This document shows positions 62,633 to 64,000 of a DNA stretch of 64,000 nucleotides, piece after piece. The notes under the pieces are model-generated. The model ran no database searches and had not been told where the DNA came from. It was given only the letters and a program-made list of their open reading frames with translations. A program made the translations under genes and the position numbers. Origin of the DNA: Pelomyxa schiedti (lineage: Eukaryota; Protista; Evosea); contig JAHLWZ010000794.1 of the NCBI GenBank assembly GCA_020536535.1, forward strand, positions 62,001-126,000. Reading direction: 5' to 3'. Within the stretch, counting starts at the first letter, position 1. The number at the start of each line of letters is the position of its first letter.

Positions 62633-62889
62633 CACCTTGTGTATGCTTAACCAATATGGCAGTGACTTAGGCACTATGGCTCTGAATTGTTGGAATTCTG
62701 ATAACAATGTAGGGGGTTACCTTTAGGGTCAAGCAATGTCTGAATAGGCATGTCCAATAATTCTCCAAATAATAACTAAACTTGAAAGAAGGTTTATGGA
62801 AGAATCTCAGGAAGAAGTCCTTCAATGTGCAGTTTAGCAAGATTATTAAGGTTCTGACCTTTTTCTTTGAAGTAATTAACGTACCACCC

Positions 62890-63082
62890 TGCAGGAATAT
62901 TGAGTACTTCCAAACAAGGAACAGTTGGACATACCACATAAGGTACGTTTTGAATATATGTTCTGTTATTATGATGTATAGACAGCTGGAAAACACCACA
63001 CATTGGTGCACCAAAGGTGAACTGAATGGTGATCAGATAATTTCTTGTGGATTCTGGGATGGGAAACTCAGTAGTTCCAGTG
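62890..63082 (-). pseudogene. Inverted 193-nt fragment copied from the giant AAA/VWA gene (24591-24783)
   Basis: The reverse complement matches 24591-24783 with one mismatch by manual alignment. Similarity ends within ~10 nt on each side and the flanking frame hits stops. Confidence 0.92.
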
Positions 63083-63547
63083 GATTTAGATGACACCCTT
63101 TTAGGGTGACTCACGTGTATCCCTTGACAACACAGCCCATTGAAGACTGAGATATGTTGTTCCCAATCAAAGGGAAACAGCCGGAAAAAAAAAATTTCGT
63201 ATTTCACCGTCAAGCGATTTCATGCTTGTGTTTTGTAAAACTCAACATTTTACGTTATAAGATCATGAGAGTGTTACACAGAGGCTGATATTACATTTCT
63301 TGTACAGTCTGCCGTACAGTATACTGACTCTTCCTTTCAATGTGAGTCTCCAATTTAAAACATAATTTATCACTGTAAGTCTTTACCTAATTTACATTCG
63401 TTATTGGGATGAATTCTATTGAGTTGCAATACTGTTATGCCTTGGCTTCTTGGCTCACTCTCTGGAATATTGGACCCGATTCACTGGGATTACTGTGGAT
63501 TGCTCTCTCCAATTGTTCTGGTGAAAACTGGAAGTTGTGGGGTGGGG

Positions 63548-63843
63548 TTGTTCTTTGCCATGGCCGCAGCTCTTTTCCAAAAGAGCTGTTGCTGATTGGG
63601 CTGGGAACAGCACCATCTCGGTAATAATTCTTCTGGTGGAAACTGGGACAGTTGGAGAGAGTTCAGTGCTTTGGGGGGGGATATGTTGTGGGGTGTGTGG
63701 GTGTTCCTTGGCCACGGCCACAGCTTTTTCCATCGATAGCTGTTGCTGATTGGGCTGGGGAAACACTCCCCCACTCCCGACATATTGTGGAGCCTGTCTG
63801 GGAGTGCTTTGTTGTTCTTGGCCGCGGCCACAGCTCTTTCATT
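63548..63843 (-). repeat. Three diverged copies of a coding-like repeat in a frameshifted ORF remnant
   Basis: TGTTC.TTG.C...GGCC.CAGCT.TT at ~63549, ~63702 and ~63814. The first two copies continue AGCTGTTGCTGATTGGGCTGGG. Minus strand reads KRAAAMAKNN, EKAVAVAKEH, ERAVAAAKNN in different frames. Confidence 0.7.
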
Positions 63844-64000
63844 GTTACGTTTCATCAGTTACGGGCCGTACTTGTGGTTGATTTTTTGAACTGTTGTTTC
63901 CTCAGTGACAAATGTGATAGGGATAAGTTCCAACTTGGTCTGCAGTGGTACCATGACTGAATACAGACGGAATTAAGATAGAATACCCTTCACCAAAACA

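Overview
Compact, intron-rich eukaryotic (protist) genomic DNA in the standard code. The short GT-AG introns and a characteristic orphan family suggest a free-living amoebozoan such as Pelomyxa, but that assignment is inference. Left to right: 3' part of a C2+MHD (Munc13-like) gene, an OSBP-related lipid transfer gene, a ~24 kb nearly intronless giant gene (six midasin-type AAA+ modules, Ig-like repeats, four VWA domains), a PP2C-like phosphatase, an STE20 kinase, two orphan genes, a sulfotransferase, a tandem Ras-like GTPase, an orphan with a possible degenerate SH2, a second STE20 kinase, an ITFG1/TIP homolog, and a terminal zone of decayed or duplicated fragments. The most striking unexplained element is non-coding. 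At 44775-45081 seven hairpins are packed head to tail, each capped by a conserved 16-nt TGAC-N8-GTCA motif, while the lower stems differ in sequence but keep pairing. This looks like an undescribed structured RNA (or ssDNA) array. A second, unrelated hairpin cluster with NTGGA loops lies upstream of the giant gene. The giant gene also has a frameshift through a stretch that reads as AAA consensus in two frames, an in-frame stop, a VWA domain split by an inserted domain, and a 193-nt inverted near-perfect copy 38 kb away. Exon boundaries were read by eye and gene ends are approximate where stated.
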